Of a stretch of DNA of 64,000 nucleotides, positions 8,552 through 17,280 are shown piece by piece. The first letter of the stretch is position 1. Each line of letters begins with the position of its first letter. The stretch is from assembly GCA_030645735.1 (NCBI GenBank), contig JAUSNP010000006.1, positions 68,095-132,094 on the forward strand, written 5' to 3'. A program made the translations under genes and the position numbers. Source of the DNA: Candidatus Moraniibacteriota bacterium (GTDB taxonomy: Bacteria; Patescibacteriota; Minisyncoccia; Moranbacterales; UBA2206). The notes under the pieces were generated by a model. It was not told the origin of the DNA. It made no database searches and saw only the letters and a list, made by a program, of their open reading frames with translations.

Positions 8552-8580
8552 TTGAAAACAAATTCCTGGATTCATTAGAT
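8552..8580 (+). promoter_or_regulatory. candidate rRNA promoter P2 (TTGAAA-17-TTAGAT)
   Basis: About 40 nt upstream of the 16S 5' end. Confidence 0.4.
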
Positions 8581-8620
8581 ACCAGGTAGTTGTAAATTCT
8601 TTATTGAGTTTGCAATTTTA

Positions 8621-10186
8621 TTATGAGAGTTTGATCCTAGCTCAGGATGAACGCTGGCGGCGTGGATAAGGCATGCAAGTCGAGAGGGTTTAGACCCTCG
8701 GCAAACGGGTTAGTAATACATAGGAATCTGCCCTGAAGTCGTGAATAACTCGGAGAAATCCGTGACAATGCACGATAGTCTCTACGGAGTAAAGATTTAT
8801 CGCTTCAGGAGGAGCCTGTGTCCTATCAGCTTGTTGGTAGTGTAATGGACTACCAAGGCTATGACGGGTAGGGGGTGTGAGAGCACGACCCCCAACATTG
8901 GGACTGAGACACTGCCCAAACTCCTACGGGAGGCTGCAGTCGAGAATATTCGTCAATGCCCGAAAGGGTGAACGAGCGACGCCGCGTGCGGGATGAAGGC
9001 CCTTGGGTCGTAAACCGCTTTTCTTAGGGAAGAATGTAATGACGGTACCTAAGGAATAAGAGGCTACTAACTCTGTGCCAGCAGTAGCGGTAATACAGAG
9101 GCCTCAAGCGTTATCCGGATTTATTGGGCGTAAAGAGCATGTAGGCGGATATATTAGTCGGATGTCAAATCTTCGAGCTCAACTTGAAAACTGCATTCGA
9201 AACGGTATATCTAGAGACAGTCAGAGATCAATGGAACGTATGGTGTAGCAGTGAAATGCGTTGATATCATACGGAACACCAAAGGCGAAGGCATTTGGTT
9301 AGGGCTGTTCTGACGCTGAGATGCGAAAGCGTGGGTAGCGAATGGGATTAGATACCCCAGTAGTCCACGCCGTAAACGATGCATACTAGGTATTAAGAGA
9401 ATCGACCCTCTTAGTGTCGTAGCTAACGCGTTAAGTATGCCGCCTGGGAAGTACGGTCGCAAGACTAAAACTCAAAGGAATAGACGGGGATCCGCACAAG
9501 TGGTGGAGCATGTGGTTTAATTCGACGATAAGCGGGACACCTCACCATGGTTTGAAACTTAGCTGCATTATACAGAAATGTATAAGCCTTCGAGGGTGCT
9601 AAGCAGGCGCTGCACGGTTGTCGTCAGCTCGTGTCGTAAGATGTTCTGTTAAGTCAGGAAACGAGCGCAACCCCTATCGTGTGTTATATTGTCACACGAG
9701 ACTGCCCGGAACAAAGCGCACTTCGTGCGCAATGATCAATTATCAATAATCAATTTTCATTAAATGGAAATTGTAAATTGAAAATTGTAAATTGCGTGCT
9801 TTAGTAAAGCGCGTTTCGTTCCGGGAGGAAGGTGGGGATGACGTCAAATCAGCGTGGCCCTTTGACACCATGGGCAACACACGTGCTACAATGGCCAATA
9901 CAAAGGGTTGCCAAGTCGCGAGACGGAGCTAATCCCAAAAAATTGGTCTCAGTTCAGATTGGAGTCTGCAACTCGACTCCATGAAGCCGGAATCACTAGT
10001 AATCGTGAATCAGAACGTCACGGTGAATACGTTCTCGGATCTTGTACTCACCGCCCGTCACACCAAGAGAGCCGGTAACACCCAAAGATCCTGTTTTAAA
10101 GCAGGAGCCACGGTGGGATCGGTAATAAGGGTGAAGTCGTAACAAGGCATCCGTAGCGGAAGCTGTGGATGGATCACCTCCTTTCT
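8621..10186 (+). rRNA. rrs: 16S ribosomal RNA with a ~118-nt expansion insertion at 9707-9824
   Basis: 5' end GAGAGTTTGATCCTAGCTCAG and 3' end GGATCACCTCCTTTCT. The insertion lies between GACTGCCCGG and GGAGGAAGGTGGGGA. Confidence 0.95.
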
Positions 10187-10484
10187 AGGGAGTAGTGGTG
10201 AACAGTGGCTCTTCGGAGCCGCAATCATCTAATGGTCGTTTGCATTCTTCGGAATGCAAAAGCTAGGCTCGAACAGGACTAATCACAAAAGATAATGATT
10301 TACTGATATATACAAGAAAAAGATAAGGCGGGGGAAACCCTGTTTTTTGTGTTATAATTTCTACATAATATTATTAACGATAATCTGATATGCCAAAAGG
10401 AAATGTAGTACATATATCGAAACTTGATGCAGCAAAGAGACAGCTAGATTCGGCTATTAAGATGTTTTTTCACGACTCAGATAT

Positions 10485-10913
10485 GTGGTACGTCACACCG
10501 TTATTGCTGCTGCACATGGTATTTTAAGCGATATTGCTATAAAAAAGGGGATCAAGACAATAATTGCTAATAATGAAAGAATCAGAAAGGATAAAAAGAA
10601 AGATTATATAAAAATTGTGCATGAAGCTCAAAATTTTTTTAAGCATGCTGATTTTGAAGGTGACGAGAGCAAAATATTAGAATTTATCCCAGATTTAACA
10701 GAATTTCATCTGTACGATGCATGTTTAATATATCAAGAAATAACACAGGAAAGACCGATGTTGCATTTTTTGTTCATGGCTTGGTTTTCCGTAAAGCATC
10801 CAAAATTATTTGAAAGCGAAAGAATTTCTAAGGTTGCTGCTTGTCTTCCATTTGAGAATAAGATGGCCTACCTTGAACTTTTGCCAGAGCTTGAAAGACA
10901 AAATGAAAATTAA
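10485..10913 (+). CDS. hypothetical protein, apparently frameshifted relative to an upstream 47-codon ORF (10390-10533)
   Basis: GTG-start ORF. An upstream ATG ORF (MPKGNVVHISKLDAAKRQLDSAIKMFF...) in another frame overlaps it at a T6 run (10465-10470). Confidence 0.4.
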   Translation: MVRHTVIAAAHGILSDIAIKKGIKTIIANNERIRKDKKKDYIKIVHEAQNFFKHADFEGDESKILEFIPDLTEFHLYDACLIYQEITQERPMLHFLFMAWFSVKHPKLFESERISKVAACLPFENKMAYLELLPELERQNEN

Positions 10914-10946
10914 TTATTTGTAGTATATCTTTAATATGATAAGCCT

Positions 10947-11582
10947 ATGAAAATAATCCTTGCGTCAGATTCTAGTTTTCTTTTGAAATATGGATATGCT
11001 CTGGCAGGCATTCCTAAGAATCAAATGAAAATTGGTTATATTACTACGGCCTCAAAAGGAGCTCGTAATTTTGGTCAGAGAGTGCAAGAAATTATAATGC
11101 CTAGTATAAAAGAAAATGGATATTCGCTTGATGAAATAGATATTGTGGGCAAAAGTAAAGATGAATTACGAAATTTTTTCAAAGACAAAAATGTTATCCA
11201 GATGGAGGGTGGCAATACTTTTTATTTGTTGAAAGCAATTCGCGAAACTGGTTTTGCTGAAATTCTCAAAAAATTGCTTGAAGAAGGCAGAATTTATATC
11301 GGCTCAAGTGCGGGGGCGTATATAGCGTGTCCAAGCATTGTTGTGGCGGACTGGGCTGATGAGACAGCTGACAGGTTTGGAATTTCTGATTTTACGGCTC
11401 TCAATTATGTTCCATTCGTTCTGAAAGCTCATTATACTGATGAAAAAGAAATAGAAGTCAGGGAGGGCATGCAAACCTTGAAATATCCTATGCGTATTCT
11501 CAGAGATGGTGAAGGTATTTTTTGTGAAGATGGGGTATGTAAATTTGTTGGGGATGGAGAGGAAGTTAAATTTTCTAATTAA
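10947..11582 (+). CDS. peptidase S51 (dipeptidase E-like)
   Basis: QMEGGNTFYLL...IYIGSSAGAYIACP fits the S51 GGNT / Ser-nucleophile context. Confidence 0.7.
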   Translation: MKIILASDSSFLLKYGYALAGIPKNQMKIGYITTASKGARNFGQRVQEIIMPSIKENGYSLDEIDIVGKSKDELRNFFKDKNVIQMEGGNTFYLLKAIRETGFAEILKKLLEEGRIYIGSSAGAYIACPSIVVADWADETADRFGISDFTALNYVPFVLKAHYTDEKEIEVREGMQTLKYPMRILRDGEGIFCEDGVCKFVGDGEEVKFSN

Positions 11583-11599
11583 TTCTAAATAAAAGTTAT

Positions 11600-12265
11600 A
11601 TGAAAACGACCTATCTAAAAGAGTTTGTTAATTATTCAGCAAGAAAAATAGCTTTTATTCCAGTTGGTACTTTGGAATGGCACGGGAATCACTTGCCGAT
11701 TGAAACGGATTTTTTAGTAGCGCAAAAAATTTGTGAAATTTTGAATAAGAAAATTAAGGCTTATGTATTGCCACCCATATATTTGGGCACAGATAAGGAG
11801 CGGGTGGTTGCTGGAAAGAAATTCATCGGAATGAACTCAAGATTCAGCAAGGAATTGCAGGGTAGCGTATACTATTTAAAGCCAGAGCTATTATTATTAA
11901 TGATCCAGGGATTGATCGATAACTTGGTTAAGCAAGGATTCACGAAAATCTATATTGTTACAGGTCACGCGGGTAGCAAGCAGGTGGAAGTTTTGGAAGA
12001 GATTGAAAAAAATAACAAGACCGTAACATTTCTCAACCCGTATGGACAATTAAAATTCCATGTCGAACATGCTGATGAATATGAATCATCTCTTTTTTGG
12101 GCGTGCTATCCAGAACATGAAGCAATAAGTAGAAAAATTAAAATAAAAAATGATGATGACTATATAAAATTTGTTGGATATGACCCAAGAGAGAAAGCAT
12201 CATTAAAATTAGGAAATAAGATATTGAAAGGTATGATTTCAACTTTGAATAAAAAGATAAAATGA
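11600..12265 (+). CDS. creatininase-family amidohydrolase
   Basis: PVGTLEWHGNHLPIETD is the creatininase-family metal-binding signature. Confidence 0.7.
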   Translation: MKTTYLKEFVNYSARKIAFIPVGTLEWHGNHLPIETDFLVAQKICEILNKKIKAYVLPPIYLGTDKERVVAGKKFIGMNSRFSKELQGSVYYLKPELLLLMIQGLIDNLVKQGFTKIYIVTGHAGSKQVEVLEEIEKNNKTVTFLNPYGQLKFHVEHADEYESSLFWACYPEHEAISRKIKIKNDDDYIKFVGYDPREKASLKLGNKILKGMISTLNKKIK

Positions 12266-12918
12266 ACAGTAAAATTTCAACCATCATTTTCGACTTAGAT
12301 GGCGTGATTGTGGATAGCGAGCCAATGCATTTTGAGGCGGCCAAGGAGACAATGAATGAATTTGGAATCAAGCTGACTCTTGAGGAATATATGGAATTTG
12401 GCGTGGCGAAAGGAGCGAGAAATTTGTTTGAAAAACTTTCGGAAAAATATAAAATAGACATAGATATCAACAGGGCGTTTGAAATAAAGAAAAACAAATT
12501 TCAAGAGATTTTTGAAAAAAACGCTTTTCCAAGAAAAGGGATTTTGGAATTGCTTGAGTCGTTTGAGGGAAAATATACCTTGGCAATTGCATCCTCAGGC
12601 ACAAGGGAAAGTGTTATGTTTGTTTTGGACAAGTTGAATATTGCAAACAAGTTTTCCTTGATTGTTGTGGCGGAAGATGTTTCCAGAGTGAAGCCATTTC
12701 CGGATATTTATAACAAAACAGTCCAAATGCTTGGGGTGGACAAGGATTATTGCGTGGCCATTGAAGATTCCGCAACTGGCGTCACGGCTGCCAAAGAGGC
12801 TGGCATACGCTGCCTCGCCGTGCCTTGTGAGTTCACGAAAAATCAGAATTTTTCTGATGCCTATGTTGTTTTGGAGAATATTGAACAGATAGCTGATTTC
12901 GTAGAGAAATTGACATAA
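12262..12918 (+). CDS. HAD-IA hydrolase (beta-phosphoglucomutase-like)
   Basis: IIFDLDGVIVDSE motif I, plus later HAD motifs. Confidence 0.85.
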   Translation: MNSKISTIIFDLDGVIVDSEPMHFEAAKETMNEFGIKLTLEEYMEFGVAKGARNLFEKLSEKYKIDIDINRAFEIKKNKFQEIFEKNAFPRKGILELLESFEGKYTLAIASSGTRESVMFVLDKLNIANKFSLIVVAEDVSRVKPFPDIYNKTVQMLGVDKDYCVAIEDSATGVTAAKEAGIRCLAVPCEFTKNQNFSDAYVVLENIEQIADFVEKLT

Positions 12919-13028
12919 CCAACGAAAAGTGATACAATTATACTTCAGTTCTTTGGCATTTTCAATATAGATTGCTAGGCAATTTTATAGAGGCTAACAT
13001 CCAAAAATTCAACGGGAGATTGGCGATT

Positions 13029-13367
13029 ATGAAGAAACATCCTGAAAAGTCCGATATTTCGATGTTTGAGGCGAAATGGGTCATAACGGGAATGATCTGC
13101 ATGAGTAGGAAGTGGAATCTCCGCAAAGCATATTCGTTCGAGATTTCTTTCAGGGCTTTCCCTGCCAACGCAGAAAAGAAGGCTCTCGAATGCCTAAAAT
13201 CTTTTACGAATAAAGAAAGGGGACTCGCAAGCATCAATAAGTTCGCTATGAGTTCGGTGGAAGTCAGAAGTGGTTCGCAAGCCTTCCGTGTAAATGGGCC
13301 GTTTTGTAACAATAGTATTCACTATGCAAAGCGTACCAGACTTGTTTTCGAAAAAGTAGTTTCATGA
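13029..13367 (+). CDS. hypothetical protein (ORFan mini-island gene 1)
   Basis: ATG after a GGGAG SD. An antisense ORF of similar length overlaps it, so the coding call is weak. Confidence 0.3.
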   Translation: MKKHPEKSDISMFEAKWVITGMICMSRKWNLRKAYSFEISFRAFPANAEKKALECLKSFTNKERGLASINKFAMSSVEVRSGSQAFRVNGPFCNNSIHYAKRTRLVFEKVVS

Positions 13368-13380
13368 AATTAATCAGGGG

Positions 13381-13632
13381 GTGAATACGATGCATAATAA
13401 TGAAAATATTCCACCAGCTGGACATGTTCTCTTGGCGGAAATTCCCAATCTGGATGAAAAGCAAAGAGCTTTTCTGAGAAGACGAAACATTTCTCATGGA
13501 ATGTGGATGCTTGATGACCCACAAGAGAGACTTGAAGTCAGTCGCTTTGGCGGTATGGGCGAAAAGCCAGAATGGCAAATCTTTCGCGGAAAAATCAGTG
13601 ATTGGCAAGGTTGGGTTGGGGTTAAACCTTGA
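13381..13632 (+). CDS. hypothetical protein (ORFan mini-island gene 2)
   Basis: Good SD (AGGGGG) 7 nt upstream, followed by a strong terminator. Confidence 0.45.
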   Translation: MNTMHNNENIPPAGHVLLAEIPNLDEKQRAFLRRRNISHGMWMLDDPQERLEVSRFGGMGEKPEWQIFRGKISDWQGWVGVKP

Positions 13633-13652
13633 CTCGGGGAATTCCGCACAAA

Positions 13653-13705
13653 GGGACTCGGTCGCGATTGCAGAGGCAATTTTGCGACTGGGTCCCTGTT
13701 TTTTT
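13653..13705 (+). terminator. rho-independent terminator
   Basis: GGGACTCGGTCGC...GCGACTGGGTCCC hairpin followed by TGTTTTTTT. Confidence 0.75.
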
Positions 13706-13732
13706 GACCAAGATTGGCAATTTTGTTAGAAT
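13704..13732 (+). promoter_or_regulatory. sigma70-type promoter (TTGACC-17-TAGAAT)
   Basis: A perfect 17-nt spacer. It drives the 13798 gene. Confidence 0.65.
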
Positions 13733-13797
13733 TTTTATATAGTTCTGTTCTTAAAGCTGCTAAAAAGCAGAAAACTAAAAAGACTAGTGGGGGTATT

Positions 13798-14127
13798 ATG
13801 CCGATTATTGAGCGTAATGAAAAAAGGTTTGAAGTTGATGACGACGGATTTTTACGCGTTGCGCTTGAGAAACGAGATCCGGATTGGGAAAGGTGTGTCA
13901 TGGTCAGTACTGGTATTGATGAATTGACACCCGAATTGCAACGCGTGCTGGATGAAATCTGGGCGCATTACAAACGAACCGGTCTAATCCCAATAATCCA
14001 GGTTTTAGCAAAAAATACTGGTTTGTCACTCGTAAGGATTTCCAAATTGTCCTTGATGAGTCCCAAAAACTGGGCTTCCAAAATGCTTGGCTTGCGAGCA
14101 ATTGACTGCAAGACAAGTCATGGGTAG
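13798..14127 (+). CDS. hypothetical protein with C-terminal HTH-like segment (ORFan mini-island gene 3)
   Basis: ATG preceded by a GTGGGGG SD. IIQVLAKNTGLSLVRISKL is HTH-like. The track ORF start at 13714 lies inside the promoter. Confidence 0.5.
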   Translation: MPIIERNEKRFEVDDDGFLRVALEKRDPDWERCVMVSTGIDELTPELQRVLDEIWAHYKRTGLIPIIQVLAKNTGLSLVRISKLSLMSPKNWASKMLGLRAIDCKTSHG

Positions 14128-14152
14128 CGCGAAAACTCTCGCGTGTTGTGTG

Positions 14153-14186
14153 GGCTGAACTCCTTTTGGGGTTCAGCCTTTTTATT
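14153..14186 (+). terminator. rho-independent terminator
   Basis: GGCTGAAC...GTTCAGCC hairpin followed by TTTTTATT. Confidence 0.75.
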
Positions 14187-14228
14187 CGCCCAAAACAGCT
14201 TTTTTTGATATGATAAACGTATAATTGA

Positions 14229-15047
14229 GTGGTAAGAAATATCATGGAATTTAAAACGGAAACTGTTCAAGGACCACGAGACAATGAAATTTCTTTTTCA
14301 CCGGAACGCGGTGGTATCATTAGGTCAATGAAATTGAAGGGCAAAGAAGTTTTGTTTGTGGATGAGGTGACTTTTGCGGATGCGGAAAAAAATGTACGGG
14401 GCGGAATCCCGATTCTTTTTCCCAACGCTGGGCCACTGACTGGCGAAAACAATCCATATCCAGATCTCAAGCAACACGGTTTTGCTAGACTTTCCAATCA
14501 ATGGAAAGTGGAAGAATCGAACGCTGGAAAATTTAGTGAAAAATTGGCTTCCAACGAAGATACGAAAGCAGTTTTTCCCTTTGATTTGGAAACTCGCATG
14601 AGAGGTGAATTGAATGAGGATGGCTCAGTGACACTGACACAAGAAGTCACTAATTTAGAAGCAGAAAGAGAGATGCCAGTTTCCATGGGTTTGCATCCCT
14701 ATTTCAAAGTTTCAAATACTGAAAAAAGAAATATCAAATTCAATTTTGCTGGCGGAGAAATTGTTGAAGCCGATTTTGCTGTTTGGTCGCAAGGCGGAAC
14801 CACGCGTATCGACAATCCCAAAATTCATGATTCTGAGGCAGTTTTGCGGGTAGAAATTCCAGGGTTGGGAACCCTAGTCATAGACGCCTCGGCAGAATAC
14901 CAACGCATCTGGATCTGGTCGTTGCCAGAGCAAGATTTCATCTGCATTGAGCCGGTCATGCGAGATGACGGCGGACTTTTGGATGACCCGCAAATGGTGA
15001 AACCCAGCGAAACATTTTCAGGCAGAGTCAATTTTAGGTTGGAATAG
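14229..15047 (+). CDS. aldose 1-epimerase family protein (glucose-6-phosphate 1-epimerase-like)
   Basis: GGIPILFPNAGP and GLHPYFKV motifs. ATG 14244 is the probable start. Confidence 0.8.
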   Translation: MVRNIMEFKTETVQGPRDNEISFSPERGGIIRSMKLKGKEVLFVDEVTFADAEKNVRGGIPILFPNAGPLTGENNPYPDLKQHGFARLSNQWKVEESNAGKFSEKLASNEDTKAVFPFDLETRMRGELNEDGSVTLTQEVTNLEAEREMPVSMGLHPYFKVSNTEKRNIKFNFAGGEIVEADFAVWSQGGTTRIDNPKIHDSEAVLRVEIPGLGTLVIDASAEYQRIWIWSLPEQDFICIEPVMRDDGGLLDDPQMVKPSETFSGRVNFRLE

Positions 15048-15065
15048 GCTAAAAAACAGTTCCAT

Positions 15066-15093
15066 TTGACAATTTTCGCTTAAATGCTAGATT
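15066..15093 (+). promoter_or_regulatory. sigma70-type promoter (TTGACA-16-TGcTAGATT)
   Basis: Upstream of the sensor gene. Confidence 0.5.
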
Positions 15094-15141
15094 ATAGGGG
15101 CATACTCAGTAGCTTCCCTTAAATCACTTAAGTGCGAAGAT

Positions 15142-17196
15142 ATGGAGCAGTTGAAAAAAAACTACCGAGTCTGGATATTTCCGTTCGGCATGATCGCCAG
15201 TTCGTTCTTCTTGTTTATCACTAGCCTATATAGCCTATTACTTTTTCATGTTCTAGTTGAGCTGTTTATCATAGTAATCGCTTTTGGTATTTTCGTCATT
15301 GCTTGGTCATCGCGACGATATATAAATAATATCTTCTTGCTCTTACTTGGAATCAGCTATTTATTTGTCGGAGCAATAGATTTGTTTCATTTGCTTACCC
15401 ATGATGATATGAATATAATCATGGACTATGGCGCTAATCTTTCCATTCAATCATGGGTCATCGCTAGATATTTAGAGGCTGCATCATTTATTGCGGCCTT
15501 TTTGTTGTTCAAGAAGGGCGTTAATGGTGTTCATGTCATAGCCAGAATAAGATCGCGTCAGATATTCTTTATTTACGCTTTGATATTTATAGCAAGCATG
15601 GCTTCAATTCTGGCATTTAATATTTTTCAGTCGGCAGCTGTGACAGGAATTGGAATGGCACATTTCAAGGCATATAACGAATATATAATCTCAGCTATTT
15701 TTTTCGGTTCAATAATCCTACTTTTTAAAAAAAGAAAGATATTTGATCGGGAGGTGGCCAATCTGCTTTCTTTGTCTTTGATTATGAAAGTTATCGCCGA
15801 GGTGTTATTTGCGAAATATGGCGGCGTGAATTGTTTTGCAGATATACTGGGAAATATTTTATTTTTTATATCTTTTCTTCTATTATATAAAGCTGTAATT
15901 GAAGGCGGATTGATGCGGCCATATAGATTTTTGTTTTTGGATCTTAAAAAAAGCGAGAAGCGCTATCGGTCGTTGGTTGAGTTTTCTCCGGATGCAATTG
16001 TAGTCCATAGCGATGGCAAAATTCTATATGCGAATGGGCCGGCGAAAAAACTTTTTGGTATTGAAGAAGATGAAAAACTCATTGGCGCTGAGCTGACTGA
16101 TTTTTTCGGTCCAGAATATCGGGAACGGATACGCCTGCGGATAAAGAATATTTTTAGTGGCAAATGGAAGGAAGCACCAACCACGGAAATGGAAATTTTA
16201 CATGCGAATGGACGCACAATTTCAGTGGAAGTCAAGGGCATGAAAATAATTTATGAGGGAAAAGAGGCGATAGAATCAATTATCCGAGATGTTTCAGAGC
16301 GAAAATTGACTGAAGAAAAAATACGGAGCTTGGCGAGATTTCCTGAGGAGGATCCTAGCCCAGTAATCAGAGTGCTGGGAGATGGCCAGGTTCAATATGC
16401 CAATCGTCCAGCGCGCAGAATGCTTTTGCATTTGGGTTGGAGTGAAGGCAGAGTGTTGCCGGAAATCTTGTTTTTGCCTGTTCGGCAGGTTTTGGAAAAA
16501 GGAATCAAACAAGAAGTGGAAGTGACTTGTGTGTGCGGTCGAGTATTTGCCATTATGTTTGCTCCGAGCTTAACTGAAAACTGGGTAAATTTGTATGGAC
16601 GCGAGATCACTAAACGCAAGATAATGGAAAAAGAATTGATTGAGACGCAGGCAGAGCTGAGAAAGAAAATTGAAGAGCAATTGGTGGAGTCATACAAACA
16701 TCTTGGTTTGGTCAATCGCAAAATATCTTTATTGCTGGAGCTGGACAGCCATTCTCAAGACAAAAAAAATAAACATGAGATTGTTGAATATATCTTGAAT
16801 TCATTGATAAATCTTTCACATGCCAAAGCCGGATTGCTATATTTAGCCATCGGTAAAAATCATTTCAATTTAATTTCCAGCGCCGGCTTGAAAAAAGAAA
16901 AACTGTCTGGAGTGCAAGTTGTCACTGAAAGCAGCGCTGATTTTATGCGTCAATTGACGTCCGCAGGCAAGCGGGTCAATGGTTCGTGTGAGCTAGTAAA
17001 TCCAGGTTTATTTAACATTGAATCGACTTTTAGTTATTTTGTGGCGTTGCCAATCTTGGCAGGCAATATTTGCAAGGGCTTTTTGTTCCTAGGCTTCAAT
17101 GATCGCAAAAGCATGGATGTGCAAGAGTTGGAGTTTCTGGATGTGTTTGCCAAACATGTTTCTTCAGCGCTGACTAATTCTGGTTTTTTGAACTAA
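15142..17196 (+). CDS. membrane sensor protein with N-terminal multi-TM domain, two PAS-like domains and C-terminal GAF-like domain; no kinase/output domain detected
   Basis: About six TM helices, then the PAS-like SLVEFSPDAIVVHSDGKILYANGPAKKLFG and a second PAS-like segment. The C-terminus is GAF-like. No H-box or HATPase motifs. Confidence 0.7.
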   Translation: MEQLKKNYRVWIFPFGMIASSFFLFITSLYSLLLFHVLVELFIIVIAFGIFVIAWSSRRYINNIFLLLLGISYLFVGAIDLFHLLTHDDMNIIMDYGANLSIQSWVIARYLEAASFIAAFLLFKKGVNGVHVIARIRSRQIFFIYALIFIASMASILAFNIFQSAAVTGIGMAHFKAYNEYIISAIFFGSIILLFKKRKIFDREVANLLSLSLIMKVIAEVLFAKYGGVNCFADILGNILFFISFLLLYKAVIEGGLMRPYRFLFLDLKKSEKRYRSLVEFSPDAIVVHSDGKILYANGPAKKLFGIEEDEKLIGAELTDFFGPEYRERIRLRIKNIFSGKWKEAPTTEMEILHANGRTISVEVKGMKIIYEGKEAIESIIRDVSERKLTEEKIRSLARFPEEDPSPVIRVLGDGQVQYANRPARRMLLHLGWSEGRVLPEILFLPVRQVLEKGIKQEVEVTCVCGRVFAIMFAPSLTENWVNLYGREITKRKIMEKELIETQAELRKKIEEQLVESYKHLGLVNRKISLLLELDSHSQDKKNKHEIVEYILNSLINLSHAKAGLLYLAIGKNHFNLISSAGLKKEKLSGVQVVTESSADFMRQLTSAGKRVNGSCELVNPGLFNIESTFSYFVALPILAGNICKGFLFLGFNDRKSMDVQELEFLDVFAKHVSSALTNSGFLN

Positions 17197-17213
17197 ATCA
17201 ACAACCACTGAAA

Positions 17214-17239
17214 AAAACACTCGATGCGGGAGTGTTTTT
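17214..17239 (+). terminator. rho-independent terminator
   Basis: ACACTCGATGCGGGAGTGT followed by TTTTTG. Confidence 0.65.
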
Positions 17240-17240
17240 G

Positions 17241-17249
17241 TGGTATAAT
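17241..17249 (+). promoter_or_regulatory. extended -10 promoter element TGgTATAAT
   Basis: TGnTATAAT about 32 nt upstream of ATG 17281. Confidence 0.55.
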
Positions 17250-17280
17250 TAAGATACTAAATAAGCTAAACGGCTTTTGT

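Noticed and set aside
12962-13312. 116-aa minus-strand ORF antisense to the first island ORF
   Set aside because: It has no SD or promoter on the minus strand, and the plus-strand neighbours have clear signals. It is kept only as a caveat that coding potential of 13029-13367 is uncertain.
12919-13380. Possible RNase P RNA or tmRNA, because ORFs run on both strands
   Set aside because: No P4/CR-I (GGAAAGUCCGGGCU), CR-IV/CR-V motifs, tmRNA tag-reading frame or tRNA-like CCA end were found.
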